This document shows positions 1 through 9,554 of a stretch of 64,000 nt of DNA, one piece after another. The stretch lies in contig CAVUDW010000002.1 in assembly GCA_963740355.1 (NCBI GenBank), positions 2,112,001-2,176,000 on the forward strand, given 5' to 3'. Position 1 is the stretch's first letter, and each line of letters opens with the position of its first letter. The notes below the pieces were generated by a model. That model was not told the DNA's origin. It saw only the letters and a program-made list of their open reading frames with translations, and searched no databases. The DNA comes from an uncultured Gemmatimonadaceae bacterium (GTDB lineage: Bacteria; Gemmatimonadota; Gemmatimonadetes; Gemmatimonadales; Gemmatimonadaceae). A program made the translations under genes and the position numbers.

Positions 1-1434
1 TTCGATCTCGACCAGGTAGCCCTCGCCGATCAGCTTGGCCTGCACCATCGTGTTCGCCGGCAGGATGGCACCAAACCGCTCGCCGAGGGCACGTGCGATC
101 GGCTCCCAGAGTGAGATGTCATCCACGAAGACGCGCGTGCGAACCACGTCCGCGAGCGTGCCGCCCAGCGAGATCAACGAGCCTTCGATCTTGTCGAGCA
201 CGAAATGTGTCTGGGCTGCCGCATCGTTCCGGCCGATCGGGAGCGAACCATGTGTTGCAGTGGTACCAGCGACATGGATGTGGTTATCGAAGCGCGTGGC
301 GCGGCTGTATCCTGCCAGCGGTTCCCAGACAGTCCCGCTCAAGCAATACGAGCGTCGGTCACTCACCTTGTGCACGGCGTACGGTGCGGGAAATGCATCG
401 ACGTGATGACTCAGGTCCCCTGACGCCGTGAGGTACGGGGGCCGTCGATATTCATCGCCGCAGTCGCCGGGAATCGGCGTCAGTGTTGCCAGCACGTCGC
501 GCAGTGCGCGGCGATCGTCGTCGTCAAAACGGAGCGACGTGATGCGCGCATTGTCGTCGATGTGCGCGCGTTCGCCGAGTCGCGCGCCGATGATCACGCC
601 GGCAACATGCGGGAAGTCGAGGATGTGGCGGCAGGCGACATTCGCCATCGACACATTGTGCTTGGCCGCAATCGCAGCGGTGACCTCGAGCACGCGTTGC
701 AAGGCTGGCCAACCGCCAGCGGCTTGCATGAACCGACCGTACTTCATCAACGACCAGGTCTTCAGGTCGTCCTTCGGCGGCTCGGGCCGCGCCTGCCAGC
801 GCGCCGTGAGGAGCCCGCCTGCCACGGTGCCGTACGCCAGCACCTTCACGCCGTATTGCTCGCAGACCGCGGCCATGCGACCGGCGGCACGTTGGTCGAG
901 CAGCGAGAACGACACCTGGTTCGTCAGGATCTGGATGCCGCTGGCGACAGCGATCCGCAGGTGTGCGGCGTCGAAATTCGTCACCCCGATGTGGCGAATC
1001 AGTCCCTCGGCCTTCAACTCGCCGAGATAGCTCAAGGCATCGAGCCAGTGTGCATCGGCAAACGTCCACGCATGAAACTGCATCAGGTCGATCGGCTTGC
1101 CCTGCAGCCGGTCGGCGGCACGTTCGACGGCCGCGCGAACCTCGTCCTTCGAAATCGGGCCGGGTTTCGGCACCCACTTCGTGAACAGTTGCGTGGGAAT
1201 ATCCCGATGAGCGATGCGGTACTTTCCCGCAATCAGCTCGGCCGACCCGTAGTGATCCGCCATGTCGAACGTGGTGAAGCCGGCCGCAGCGTAGGGATGC
1301 ATCGCCTCGGCGGTCGCATCGAGGTCCAGCACCTGGCCATCGCGTTCCATGTCGGCGATCTGCCAGAGGCCGGTGACGATACGCGAGATCTCGAGGTCCG
1401 GAGCGAGAGACAATCGTTCGACGGATACAGTCAT
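1..1434 (-). CDS. Aldo/keto reductase fused to a C-terminal RidA (YjgF/UK114) domain; runs off the left edge
   Basis: Translated by hand; absent from the ORF track because no stop lies in the window. ATG at 1434 gives MTVSVERLSLAPDLEISRIVTGLWQIAD...GFTTFDMADHYGSAE (AKR), continuing in frame through PGDCGDEYRRPPYLTASGDLSHH into SGTVWEPLAGYSRA...HVAGTTA...DVVRTRVFV...PANTMVQAKLIGEGYLVEIE (RidA). Confidence 0.85.
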   Translation of the reverse strand, partial: MTVSVERLSLAPDLEISRIVTGLWQIADMERDGQVLDLDATAEAMHPYAAAGFTTFDMADHYGSAELIAGKYRIAHRDIPTQLFTKWVPKPGPISKDEVRAAVERAADRLQGKPIDLMQFHAWTFADAHWLDALSYLGELKAEGLIRHIGVTNFDAAHLRIAVASGIQILTNQVSFSLLDQRAAGRMAAVCEQYGVKVLAYGTVAGGLLTARWQARPEPPKDDLKTWSLMKYGRFMQAAGGWPALQRVLEVTAAIAAKHNVSMANVACRHILDFPHVAGVIIGARLGERAHIDDNARITSLRFDDDDRRALRDVLATLTPIPGDCGDEYRRPPYLTASGDLSHHVDAFPAPYAVHKVSDRRSYCLSGTVWEPLAGYSRATRFDNHIHVAGTTATHGSLPIGRNDAAAQTHFVLDKIEGSLISLGGTLADVVRTRVFVDDISLWEPIARALGERFGAILPANTMVQAKLIGEGYLVEIE

Positions 1435-1452
1435 GTGTTGTGCACTCGGGAG

Positions 1453-2962
1453 TCAGTCAGCGGGCAGGGTCGCGAAGATGGCGTCCACATCCACGCCACG
1501 TCGGCGCAGTGCAGCCACTTCACGAAGGTAGATCAGCGTCGCAAGCGCCATCACCAGCACCCAGACGGGAGTCGAGCGGAAATACCATGCCGTGGCGGGC
1601 GCGGACAGATCCTTCCAGATGTGCATGGCCAGGAATGAGCCGATGACGATGATGCCGACGATTGACACCACCAACTGCGCACCCCGATTCGGCAGTACCC
1701 GCACGTCACGTGCGATGGCCGGGTTGCGGCCTGGCAGCGTCAGGACCGACAGGCACATGACCATGTAGTTCGCCAGCATCGCGGTGACGAGAATGTCGAC
1801 GCCGAGAAAGAAGTCGCCCGCCAGATGACAGCCGAGAATCGAGACGGTGGCCATCGAGGCACTGGCGAGGATCGCGACATGAGGCGTGCGGAAACGCGCA
1901 TGCAACGCTGCCACCGATTTCGGAAAGATCCCGTCCTCGGCCCACGCGAACATCAATCGCGACACCGAGAGAATCATCGCCGGCACATCCTTCGCCAGGG
2001 CGACTGCGCCGCCGGCGACGATCGCCACCGTCCATCCATTCGGCAGGACATAACCCAGCAATCCCGGGTGCGTTCACGTCCCGGATATTGGATTGTTCCG
2101 CCACATACTGCCACGGCACGGCGTGATAGACCGCCGCCGTGAACAGGATGTAGAACACACTCGAACAGAGGATCGCGAGGCCGATCGCGAGCGGCAGCGT
2201 GCGGTTCGGGTTCTTCGCCTCGCCTCCTGCCTGCGCGATGGCGTCAAAGCCGATGAAGCCGCTGAACAGCACCGTGGCCGCGGTGAAGAAGATGCGGGCC
2301 GTCATCGGCGTGTCGGCGCGTTGAGGCATCGCGCGCCCCTCCTTGGCCAACACGGCGCGAGCGAAATCGGCCTGGTCGAACATGAAGCCGGCCACGATCA
2401 CGACGCCACCGAGCACGAAGACGAGTCCAAGCAGCGGCACCAGAATCCGCTCGTACGACTTGATACCGAGGATGTTGACCGCCGTGAAGAACCAGAGCAC
2501 GGCCAGCGGAATGCCAAGCCGCATCGTACCGGTCTCGAGTGTGGCAGCGGCTGTCGTCCACTGGGCTGCGGTGGCCACGTCGCGAAGGAAGGGCACCAGC
2601 ACGTACGACACCACGCCGATCGCAACGCAGACGGCAAACCACTGCGAAAAGCTGGCGATGAAGCCGAGGTACGGGTGCAGTGCGCGGGTGGCATAGACGT
2701 AGCTGCCACCGGCGCGAGGCATCGCCGAGGCGAGGATCGCGTAAGCGAGCCCAGCAAAAAGCGCAGGCACGGCGCCAAACAGGAATGCGGGCAGTACCCA
2801 GGGGCCGATGCCCGGGACATTCCGCTGGATCATGAACGGGATGATGTTGATCCCGGCCCCAACCATCGAGGCGATGCCGGTCGCCGTCAGGGCGACCAAA
2901 CCCATCTCGCGGGCAAGTCCTTGGCGGCCCGCGAGCGGGGGTGGCGCAGTTGGCGAAGTCAT
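1453..2962 (-). pseudogene. APC-family amino acid permease split by a 1-nt frameshift (possibly a sequencing error)
   Basis: The 5' part has GIASMVGAGI, SAMPRAGGSYVY and GFDAIAQAGGEAKNPNRTLP. The 3' part (1453..2061) has SRLMFAWAEDGIFPKSVAALHARFRTPHVA. Removing one base from the run at 2063-2065 joins them into a 502-aa ORF (NAPGLLGYVLP). Confidence 0.85.
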
Positions 2963-2970
2963 CGGTCGAC

Positions 2971-2976
2971 ATTCTA
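2971..2976 (-). promoter_or_regulatory. Putative -10 element TAGAAT, 8 nt before the permease ATG (leaderless-type)
   Basis: Minus strand reads TAGAAT-gtcgaccg-ATG with no Shine-Dalgarno. Confidence 0.5.
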
Positions 2977-3101
2977 TCGGGCCGCCACGTTTCCTGCCCG
3001 CCCCTCACGGCGTCTGCTGCAACGGACGGTCAGGTTGCCTGATCTCGCTACCCCCGGTCCGGCCACTCCCGTACGCACCACCCTGCTCGCCGATCCATCA
3101 C

Positions 3102-4799
3102 ATGCGCACCACTTCCACCCGCCTGATTGCGGTCCTGATCCTCGCTGCCTGCTCGAAAGCGCCACAACCGACGCCAGAGAAGGCGCAGGTCGTCGAGTCG
3201 TTCCTGACCGCACCGCTGCCGATCGAAGTCGAGGCGGCGATCGATACCCATACCGTCATGCGGCACATCCGCGTGCTCGCGTCCGATTCGCTCGAAGGGC
3301 GGCTGCCCGGCTCGAACGGCGAGGCGCGCACGGTGGAGTATCTGGAAGCGCAGTTCGCTGCCCTCGGACTGAAGCCCGGCAACACCGATGGCAACTTCGT
3401 GCAGAAAGTGCCGCTGGTGGGAATCACGGTGCAGGGTGCACCCACGTTGACCATCTCCGGCAAGGGCGGATCGCGCGCACTCCGCTGGCGCACCGATTAC
3501 GTCGCCTGGACGAAGCACGTGGCCGAGTCGGCGTCGCTGGCCAACTCCGAACTGGTGTTCGTCGGCTACGGCGTCGAAGCGCCGGAATTCGGCTGGGACG
3601 ACTTCAAGGGTGTCGATGTCGCCGGCAAGACACTGGTCATGCTGGTGAACGATCCACCACTGGCCGACACCGCGCAGTTCGGCGGCCCGCGCATGACCTA
3701 CTACGGCCGCTGGACTTACAAGTACGAACAGGGCATGAAGCACAAGGCGGCCGGCGTGCTGCTGATCCACGAGACGGAGCGCGCGGGTTACCCGTTCGCT
3801 GTCGTGCAGGGGAAGACGGCCGAACAGTTCGACCTCGTGACGCCGGACCGGAACATGAAGCGCAGCAGTGTCGAGGGGTGGCTCACCCTCGAACAGGCGA
3901 CCGCGATTCTTGGTATGGCGGGACAGAACTTCGAAGAGTTGAAAGCCCGCGCGGCGACGCGTGCGTTTCGACCTGTGCCACTCGGTGTCACCGCCAGTGT
4001 GCAGCTGCGGAACCGCCTGCGGAAAGTCGATTCACACAACATTGCCGCGCGTCTCGACGGTAGCGAACCGACGTTGCGCGACCAGTTCGTGGTCTACACG
4101 GCGCACTGGGATCACTTCGGCATCGGCGAAAAGGTCAATGGCGACTCGATCTACAATGGGGCGGCTGACAACGCCAGCGGCGTCGCAGGCATGCTCGCCA
4201 TTGCGAAGGCCTTCGTGGCGCTGCAGGAAGCGCCGCAGCGATCGATCCTCTTCGTGGCCGTGACCGCGGAGGAGCAGGGCCTCCTCGGTTCGCAGTTCTA
4301 CGGCGTGACACCGATCTACCCGCTGGCGCGGACGCTGGCCAACATCAACATCGATGGGCTCAACACCTGGGGGCCAACCAAGGACCTGACGGTGATTGGA
4401 CTCGGCGCCTCGGAGCTGGATGACTACGCGAAGGCGGCAGCCGCGGAGCAATCACGCGTCCTCAAGCCGGATGCGGAGCCCGAAAAGGGATTCTACTACC
4501 GGTCCGACCACTTCAACTTCGCGCGTGTCGGCGTGCCGGCGTTCTTCGCCGAAGGTGGCACGGAGTATCTCGGCAAGCCCGCCGACTTCGGCCGGCAGAC
4601 GCGCGATGCGTACACCGCGAACGACTATCACAAGCCGTCCGACGAGATCAAGCCGAACTGGGACCTGAGCGGCGCGGTGCAGGATCTGAACCTGTTCTTC
4701 GCGATGGGTTATCGCATCGCGAATGCCCCCCGTTTCCCGCAGTGGCGACAGGGCAATGAATTCCGCGCCATTCGCGACGCGCAGCTCGGCACGCGCTGA
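3102..4799 (+). CDS. M28 family metallopeptidase with PA domain, lipoprotein
   Basis: Lipobox LILAAC; VVYTAHWDHFG, YNGAADNASG, VTAEEQGLLGS, YRSDHFNF, YHKPSDE. Confidence 0.9.
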   Translation: MRTTSTRLIAVLILAACSKAPQPTPEKAQVVESFLTAPLPIEVEAAIDTHTVMRHIRVLASDSLEGRLPGSNGEARTVEYLEAQFAALGLKPGNTDGNFVQKVPLVGITVQGAPTLTISGKGGSRALRWRTDYVAWTKHVAESASLANSELVFVGYGVEAPEFGWDDFKGVDVAGKTLVMLVNDPPLADTAQFGGPRMTYYGRWTYKYEQGMKHKAAGVLLIHETERAGYPFAVVQGKTAEQFDLVTPDRNMKRSSVEGWLTLEQATAILGMAGQNFEELKARAATRAFRPVPLGVTASVQLRNRLRKVDSHNIAARLDGSEPTLRDQFVVYTAHWDHFGIGEKVNGDSIYNGAADNASGVAGMLAIAKAFVALQEAPQRSILFVAVTAEEQGLLGSQFYGVTPIYPLARTLANINIDGLNTWGPTKDLTVIGLGASELDDYAKAAAAEQSRVLKPDAEPEKGFYYRSDHFNFARVGVPAFFAEGGTEYLGKPADFGRQTRDAYTANDYHKPSDEIKPNWDLSGAVQDLNLFFAMGYRIANAPRFPQWRQGNEFRAIRDAQLGTR

Positions 4800-4844
4800 G
4801 CGGCGTCGTCGGTCGTGCGTCGAAAGGTCCGCGACGAGGACCGT

Positions 4845-5564
4845 TTAGCGCAGCTCGGCGGGGTCTCGCTCGCGCATCCGCACCGGTTCGAACACCGGTG
4901 CGCCGGCGCCACCGACGTTCGCACGTGACACCGGATCGGTCATGGCCTGCGTGAGGAAGCGCTGGCCTTCGCCGATCCGCTCGACTTCGATGGCCACCGC
5001 CTCGAGCGCGTTTTCCATCTTGTCCATGCGTTCGCGCACCGCCGCTGCCTCCGCCTGCTGCTGGCGATCGAATCTCGCGCTCCGTGGCCCGAAGACCCGA
5101 CGCGCGAACTGAATGGCGAGTGGCATCAGCAACGCAAAGCTGAAGATCGTGATCAGGTTCGGGTTCACGCGGCCGAGAAAGCCGCGATCGCCGCCGCCGC
5201 CCTGCGCCGCCTGCGTGTAATCGCGCGACCGCGCCGGTGCATTGGCCAGCTCGGCCGAGTTGGTGGCCATGTCCTTCTCGATCTGGATCAGCCGCTCGTC
5301 AAGGACACGAAGCCGGCTCTCGAGCCCGGGACGCTCCGATGCCTGCGTCTCCGCGTCACGAAGCTGCTCAGCCACCTCGTCGCGGCGCCCTTGCACCGAT
5401 TCGAGCTGGTTGCTGAGCGCCGAGCGCTTCGCGCGAAGGAATTCGGCCTGCTCGGGCGAAATCGGCCCAATCGGCGCCGTCGGCGCCGTGGTGGCGACCG
5501 GTTGGCCGGGGGCGGGCGTCGCTGAGGCAGGAGCTTGGGCGTCCGCTGCTCTGGTCTGGGGCAT
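4845..5564 (-). CDS. Hypothetical membrane protein (coiled coil - TM helix - coiled coil)
   Basis: 3' part of ORF 4845..6221. Heptad-rich segment, hydrophobic LITIFSFALLMPLAIQFARR, then MENALEAVAIEVERIGEGQRFLT. Start uncertain. Confidence 0.7.
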   Translation of the reverse strand: MPQTRAADAQAPASATPAPGQPVATTAPTAPIGPISPEQAEFLRAKRSALSNQLESVQGRRDEVAEQLRDAETQASERPGLESRLRVLDERLIQIEKDMATNSAELANAPARSRDYTQAAQGGGGDRGFLGRVNPNLITIFSFALLMPLAIQFARRVFGPRSARFDRQQQAEAAAVRERMDKMENALEAVAIEVERIGEGQRFLTQAMTDPVSRANVGGAGAPVFEPVRMRERDPAELR

Positions 5565-5686
5565 ATGCCAGATACGGTCGCCTGTACCGGCCGGTTTCGC
5601 CACCCTCCGGCCGAAACCGATGACCAAGGCGCCGCTGGATCGTCGTGAGCGTGGACGAACAGGGGTTTGCCGGTCGCGGCGTCCCC

Positions 5687-5704
5687 TTGGCATCCCGTGT
5701 TGCA
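5687..5704 (+). promoter_or_regulatory. Sigma54-like -24/-12 sequence upstream of the T2SS operon (spacer 1 nt too long)
   Basis: TTGGCATCCCGTGTTGCA is GG-N11-GC instead of GG-N10-GC. Confidence 0.3.
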
Positions 5705-5775
5705 CCGCTGTCGCTGCACCGCCGCGCGTGTCCCACCCGACCGCATGGCATCGCTGCACCCCTCGCTTGGCCCAT

Positions 5776-6180
5776 ATGCAACGGCTTCCTCCACCCAGGC
5801 GCCGACGCGCCTTCACGCTGCTCGAGCTCCTCGTGGTGCTCGTGCTGCTCGGGCTGTCCGCTGCCTTTGTCCTTCCGTCGCTTCGACTGCCCGCCCGCTC
5901 CACCGAGCCGGCGAGTGCCATCGAGCGTGCGCGAGCCGTCGCCGTGCGTCGCGGCGAAGCCGTGCGCCTGCAGTTCGACAGCCGCGGGGCGTGGACGGTC
6001 CGCGCAACTGCCGACACTACCGGAGCGACCCTCCTCTCCGGAACCGTTCCCACGGCGTCCGGAGAGGCTGTCGCACAGTCCGTTGTGATCTCCGCGCTCG
6101 GGGCCTGCCTGCCCGAGGGCCAGTCCGTCGTCGGTGCCAGCGCGTGGGATCCCACGCGATGTGCCGCGGCCCGGCACTGA
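5776..6180 (+). CDS. gspH: T2SS minor pseudopilin, GspH-like
   Basis: Prepilin motif RRRRA|FTLLELLVVLVLLG; first gene of the gsp cluster. Confidence 0.7.
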   Translation: MQRLPPPRRRRAFTLLELLVVLVLLGLSAAFVLPSLRLPARSTEPASAIERARAVAVRRGEAVRLQFDSRGAWTVRATADTTGATLLSGTVPTASGEAVAQSVVISALGACLPEGQSVVGASAWDPTRCAAARH

Positions 6181-6193
6181 TCGTCGAAAACAG

Positions 6194-6508
6194 ATGACGC
6201 TTCTCGAATCCATCGTCGCACTCGTGATCCTCGGCCTCGCCGCCGTTGGCTTCCTGGAGCTGTTCCAGCGAGCCAGCGTCGCCACGCGCGACACCGCGTC
6301 GTGGTCGCATGCCGTTGCGGTCGCCGAGCTGACGATGGAACGGGCCGTACTCCGCACCGAGGCGTCGCGCGACACGGTTGGCGGCCTGCAGCGTCGCGTC
6401 GAGATCCGTCCGTGGACGCTTGGCCTGCGCGAGATCGTCGTCACTGTCGATGTGCCGCCTCCCGCTGGCGCGACGGTCGTGTTGCATCGCTTGGTGGCGG
6501 CACAATGA
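6194..6508 (+). CDS. gspI: T2SS minor pseudopilin, GspI-like
   Basis: MTLLESIVALVILGLAAVGF; lies between the H- and J-like genes. Alternative GTG starts at 6134 or 6161. Confidence 0.7.
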   Translation: MTLLESIVALVILGLAAVGFLELFQRASVATRDTASWSHAVAVAELTMERAVLRTEASRDTVGGLQRRVEIRPWTLGLREIVVTVDVPPPAGATVVLHRLVAAQ

Positions 6509-7083
6509 GCCTGCGCCGTGGTTTCACGCTGGTCGAGATGATGATTGCGCTGCTGATCGGTAGCGTCGTCGTGCTGCTGGCGTACTCCACGCTTCGCGCC
6601 GGATTGGACGTGCAGGCGCGCGTGACCTCGGCACGCGAGGCGGATGAGACGTCCACCGAGATGCGTGCCATGCTCACCGACGCGCTGCGCCACGCGATCA
6701 CGGCCGACGCGCGCGACGCACGCGGGCTGCACACCGACAGCGATCCATCCGGGCGCGTCTCGCGGTTGGCCTTCGTATCCCGCGGCGTGACCGCGCCGCT
6801 CGGTGGCACGGCGCCATGGGCCGTCGGGCTCTCGTCCGACACGGCCGGCCTCACGCTGGCTGCGACGCCCCTCGATTCGAATCGAACGCCCCTCCGATTC
6901 AGCACGCACCACACCCGCACATTCGCCGTACGATTTCTCGCCCGCGATGATGCCGACTGGCGTGATGACTGGAATGATCCGACGCGGCTTCCGGTTGCCG
7001 TCGAAGTGCGATTCATGGATGGCGCTGGCAAGGAATCAATGCCGACGCTCGTCGCACGCACTGCTCCGGTGAGCGGCCTGTGA
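6505..7083 (+). CDS. gspJ: T2SS minor pseudopilin, GspJ-like
   Basis: RRG|FTLVEMMIALLIG; C-terminal W-x3-W...LPVAVEV, typical of GspJ. Confidence 0.8.
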   Translation: MSLRRGFTLVEMMIALLIGSVVVLLAYSTLRAGLDVQARVTSAREADETSTEMRAMLTDALRHAITADARDARGLHTDSDPSGRVSRLAFVSRGVTAPLGGTAPWAVGLSSDTAGLTLAATPLDSNRTPLRFSTHHTRTFAVRFLARDDADWRDDWNDPTRLPVAVEVRFMDGAGKESMPTLVARTAPVSGL

Positions 7084-7838
7084 CCATCAGGCCTACCGCC
7101 CGCCGCGGCGTGGCGCTGATTCTCGTCCTCTGGATCATCGTGATCCTCGGTGGCGTCGCTGCCGCGGTCACCGCCGGTTCGCGCACCACGGGTGACATCA
7201 CGGCTAACGCCCGCGCCCGCACGATCGCACGGTATGCCGCCGAGAGTGGCATCGTCGCCGCGGTGGCCTCCATGCAGCAGCGCATGGATTCCGCCGGTGA
7301 TGATATCGCGAAGCGCAGGCTGGTACTCAACGATGCCGAGCACGCGCTGGGAGCCGCGGCGAGTTTCGTCATGGGCGACGCCCGCGTGCAGGTCGTGATG
7401 ACGGATGTGAGCGCCCGCATCGACGTCAACTCGGCGCCGGAAGAAGCGCTCTCGGCACTCTTCGCTCGCGCGGGGCATGCGTCGGATGCCGCGACGGCCG
7501 CACGTTCCATTCGCCGATATATCGATGCGACGTCGGGACAAGCAAAACTCTTTCAGTCGCTCGACGACGTTGCGGCCATCCCAGGTGTGGGTGGTGACAT
7601 CATTGGCGACGCAGCGGCGTGGCTGACGGTGGACGGCGATGGCCAGGTCAATCGTGTCACCGCTCCGCCGGTCGTGCTTGGAGTGGCCCGCGGTAGTCTC
7701 ATCGACGAACCATCGCGGGTGCTGTTCATCGCACGCGGGTGGCAGGACGGTCACCCGCTGACGCATGAAGTGCAGGCGGTGTATGCGGTGCAGGGCAATC
7801 AGCTGGCGTTCGTGCGCTGGCGGGAGCGCGACCTGTGA
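7080..7838 (+). CDS. gspK: T2SS pseudopilin GspK
   Basis: RRG|VALILVLWII (no Glu5), ARYAAESG, DVSARIDVNSA, FQSLDDVAAIPGV. Confidence 0.85.
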   Translation: MTIRPTARRGVALILVLWIIVILGGVAAAVTAGSRTTGDITANARARTIARYAAESGIVAAVASMQQRMDSAGDDIAKRRLVLNDAEHALGAAASFVMGDARVQVVMTDVSARIDVNSAPEEALSALFARAGHASDAATAARSIRRYIDATSGQAKLFQSLDDVAAIPGVGGDIIGDAAAWLTVDGDGQVNRVTAPPVVLGVARGSLIDEPSRVLFIARGWQDGHPLTHEVQAVYAVQGNQLAFVRWRERDL

Positions 7839-8989
7839 GCGGCCTCGTCGGAGTGGAGATTGGCGCGGAGCGAGTGCGGGCTGTCGTGCGCTCGCGTACC
7901 GGCACCCTGCGCACGTACGAGATGCCGTTCCTGCGTGATCGCCTCAGTGACATGGTGACACAGTTGTCACTGGCAGCCGGTGATGTCCGTGGAATCGGGC
8001 TCGCGATCGGGCTTGCGCACCTGCATGTGAAGCAGGTCAAGCTGCCACCGGTGGCGCACGGCGCGCGACGCCAGATGCTGGCCGTCGAGCCGGAGCGTTT
8101 CTTCGCGGTGCCGCAGGGCTCCCAGACGGCTGTGGCACTGACGGCGGAAGGCGACATCGCGCTCGGCGCCGATGGTGCGTTCGTCGATGCGCTGGTGAAG
8201 GCGTTCTCCACCTGGAGCGACGTCCGGCGCGTGGAAGCCGCACCGATGGCGCTCGCGCGCGCGTTGAAGGCCGCTGGCACCGGTGCTGCCATCGCTGCGT
8301 TGGACGCTGGCGCGACCGAAGTGGGCTCGATTGAAACGAAGAATGGCGTGTTGTGCAGCGTCCGCCGCGCGCGCGCCAATGACCTCGCCGCGTCGCCGGT
8401 GTCGCCGCCGCTGGCGAAGGATCTCGATGCCGAGTTCAACGTCGCCCTCGGTGCCGCGATCGGCTTCGATGGCGAGATCAGCACCATGCTGCTCACCCCC
8501 GCGCTCGAGCGGGCCTTCGTCGGAGCGCAGCGGCGTCGGTTGACCGTGTGGACGAGTGCGGCCTTGGTTGCCGCATGCGCGGCGGTGATGGCCGCTGGCA
8601 TCTCACGTGATCGCCTGCTGAATGCGATCGAGTCGGAATTGGATGCCGCGCGCAAGACGTCACGCACTGGCGCGACGCTCGCGTTGCAGGCGATGGCCAT
8701 CGATCGCGAACTGGCTGCGATCAGCACCACCACTGCATCGCGCGCTGACGTCGTGGCGGCGATGGCTGCACTCGGCGCACGACTGCCGGTGGACGCGGTG
8801 GCACAACGTGTGCGCGTGGTGGGCAAGGACTGGCAAGTGGAAGGCAATGCGAAGACCGCATCCGCGGTGCTTGCCGCCCTGGCAGCAGAGCCACAATTCG
8901 AGAAGGTGCGATTCCTCGCGCCGAGTAACCGGTTCCGTGATGGAGCCATCGATCGAGAGACCTTTGCCATCGCATTCGCACTCCGCTGA
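7835..8989 (+). CDS. gspL: T2SS GspL / PilM-PilN-like assembly protein
   Basis: Actin-like N-terminus (VGVEIGAERVRAV), one TM helix, PilN-like periplasmic domain (VEGNAKTASAVLAAL...FEKVRF). Confidence 0.7.
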   Translation: MSGLVGVEIGAERVRAVVRSRTGTLRTYEMPFLRDRLSDMVTQLSLAAGDVRGIGLAIGLAHLHVKQVKLPPVAHGARRQMLAVEPERFFAVPQGSQTAVALTAEGDIALGADGAFVDALVKAFSTWSDVRRVEAAPMALARALKAAGTGAAIAALDAGATEVGSIETKNGVLCSVRRARANDLAASPVSPPLAKDLDAEFNVALGAAIGFDGEISTMLLTPALERAFVGAQRRRLTVWTSAALVAACAAVMAAGISRDRLLNAIESELDAARKTSRTGATLALQAMAIDRELAAISTTTASRADVVAAMAALGARLPVDAVAQRVRVVGKDWQVEGNAKTASAVLAALAAEPQFEKVRFLAPSNRFRDGAIDRETFAIAFALR

Positions 8990-9554
8990 CGGCCTGTCGG
9001 CCCGTGATCGCCGCACCCTTGGTTGGGGTGCGGTGGCCGTGGCCTGCGTGTTGTTGATGTCAGCGGCGATCCCGGTGGCGCGCCAATGGATCGATCGCGA
9101 AGCGCTGATTACCGCGCGCCGCGGCGAACTGGCGCGACTGCACGGCGTGAAGGGCGCCGAGTCCATGTTGCGCACGGCGCTCGACACCCGTACTGCCCGC
9201 GCCGCCGAATATCCGCAACGCCCCGTAAGTGCCGCGACTGCCGCATTGGCGGCGGGCGTGCTGCAGGGTGTGCTGCAGCGGTACGCCGACGAGAGCCAAC
9301 TCAGCGTCAGCGAATTGAATGTGTCTGGTGAGCCGGATTCGACCGCGGTTCCACTGGCCGCCCTTCCTGCGACGCTGATCGCACTCGGCGATGTGTACGG
9401 TGTGGCCGACCTGCTCTCGCGTGTGCAGAACGGCAACACCCTGCTCGATGTGCGTGAGCTGACGGTGCAGGTCAATCCGTCGCGCCGTGCCGATGGTGGT
9501 GGTGAACTGCTGCAGGTCACGCTGGTCGTCCGCGCACCATTCGTGATCGAATGA
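8964..9554 (+). CDS. gspM: T2SS GspM-like protein
   Basis: LSARDRRTLGWG followed by a TM helix, coiled coil and a ferredoxin-like C-terminus. Start uncertain. Confidence 0.75.
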   Translation: MPSHSHSADGLSARDRRTLGWGAVAVACVLLMSAAIPVARQWIDREALITARRGELARLHGVKGAESMLRTALDTRTARAAEYPQRPVSAATAALAAGVLQGVLQRYADESQLSVSELNVSGEPDSTAVPLAALPATLIALGDVYGVADLLSRVQNGNTLLDVRELTVQVNPSRRADGGGELLQVTLVVRAPFVIE

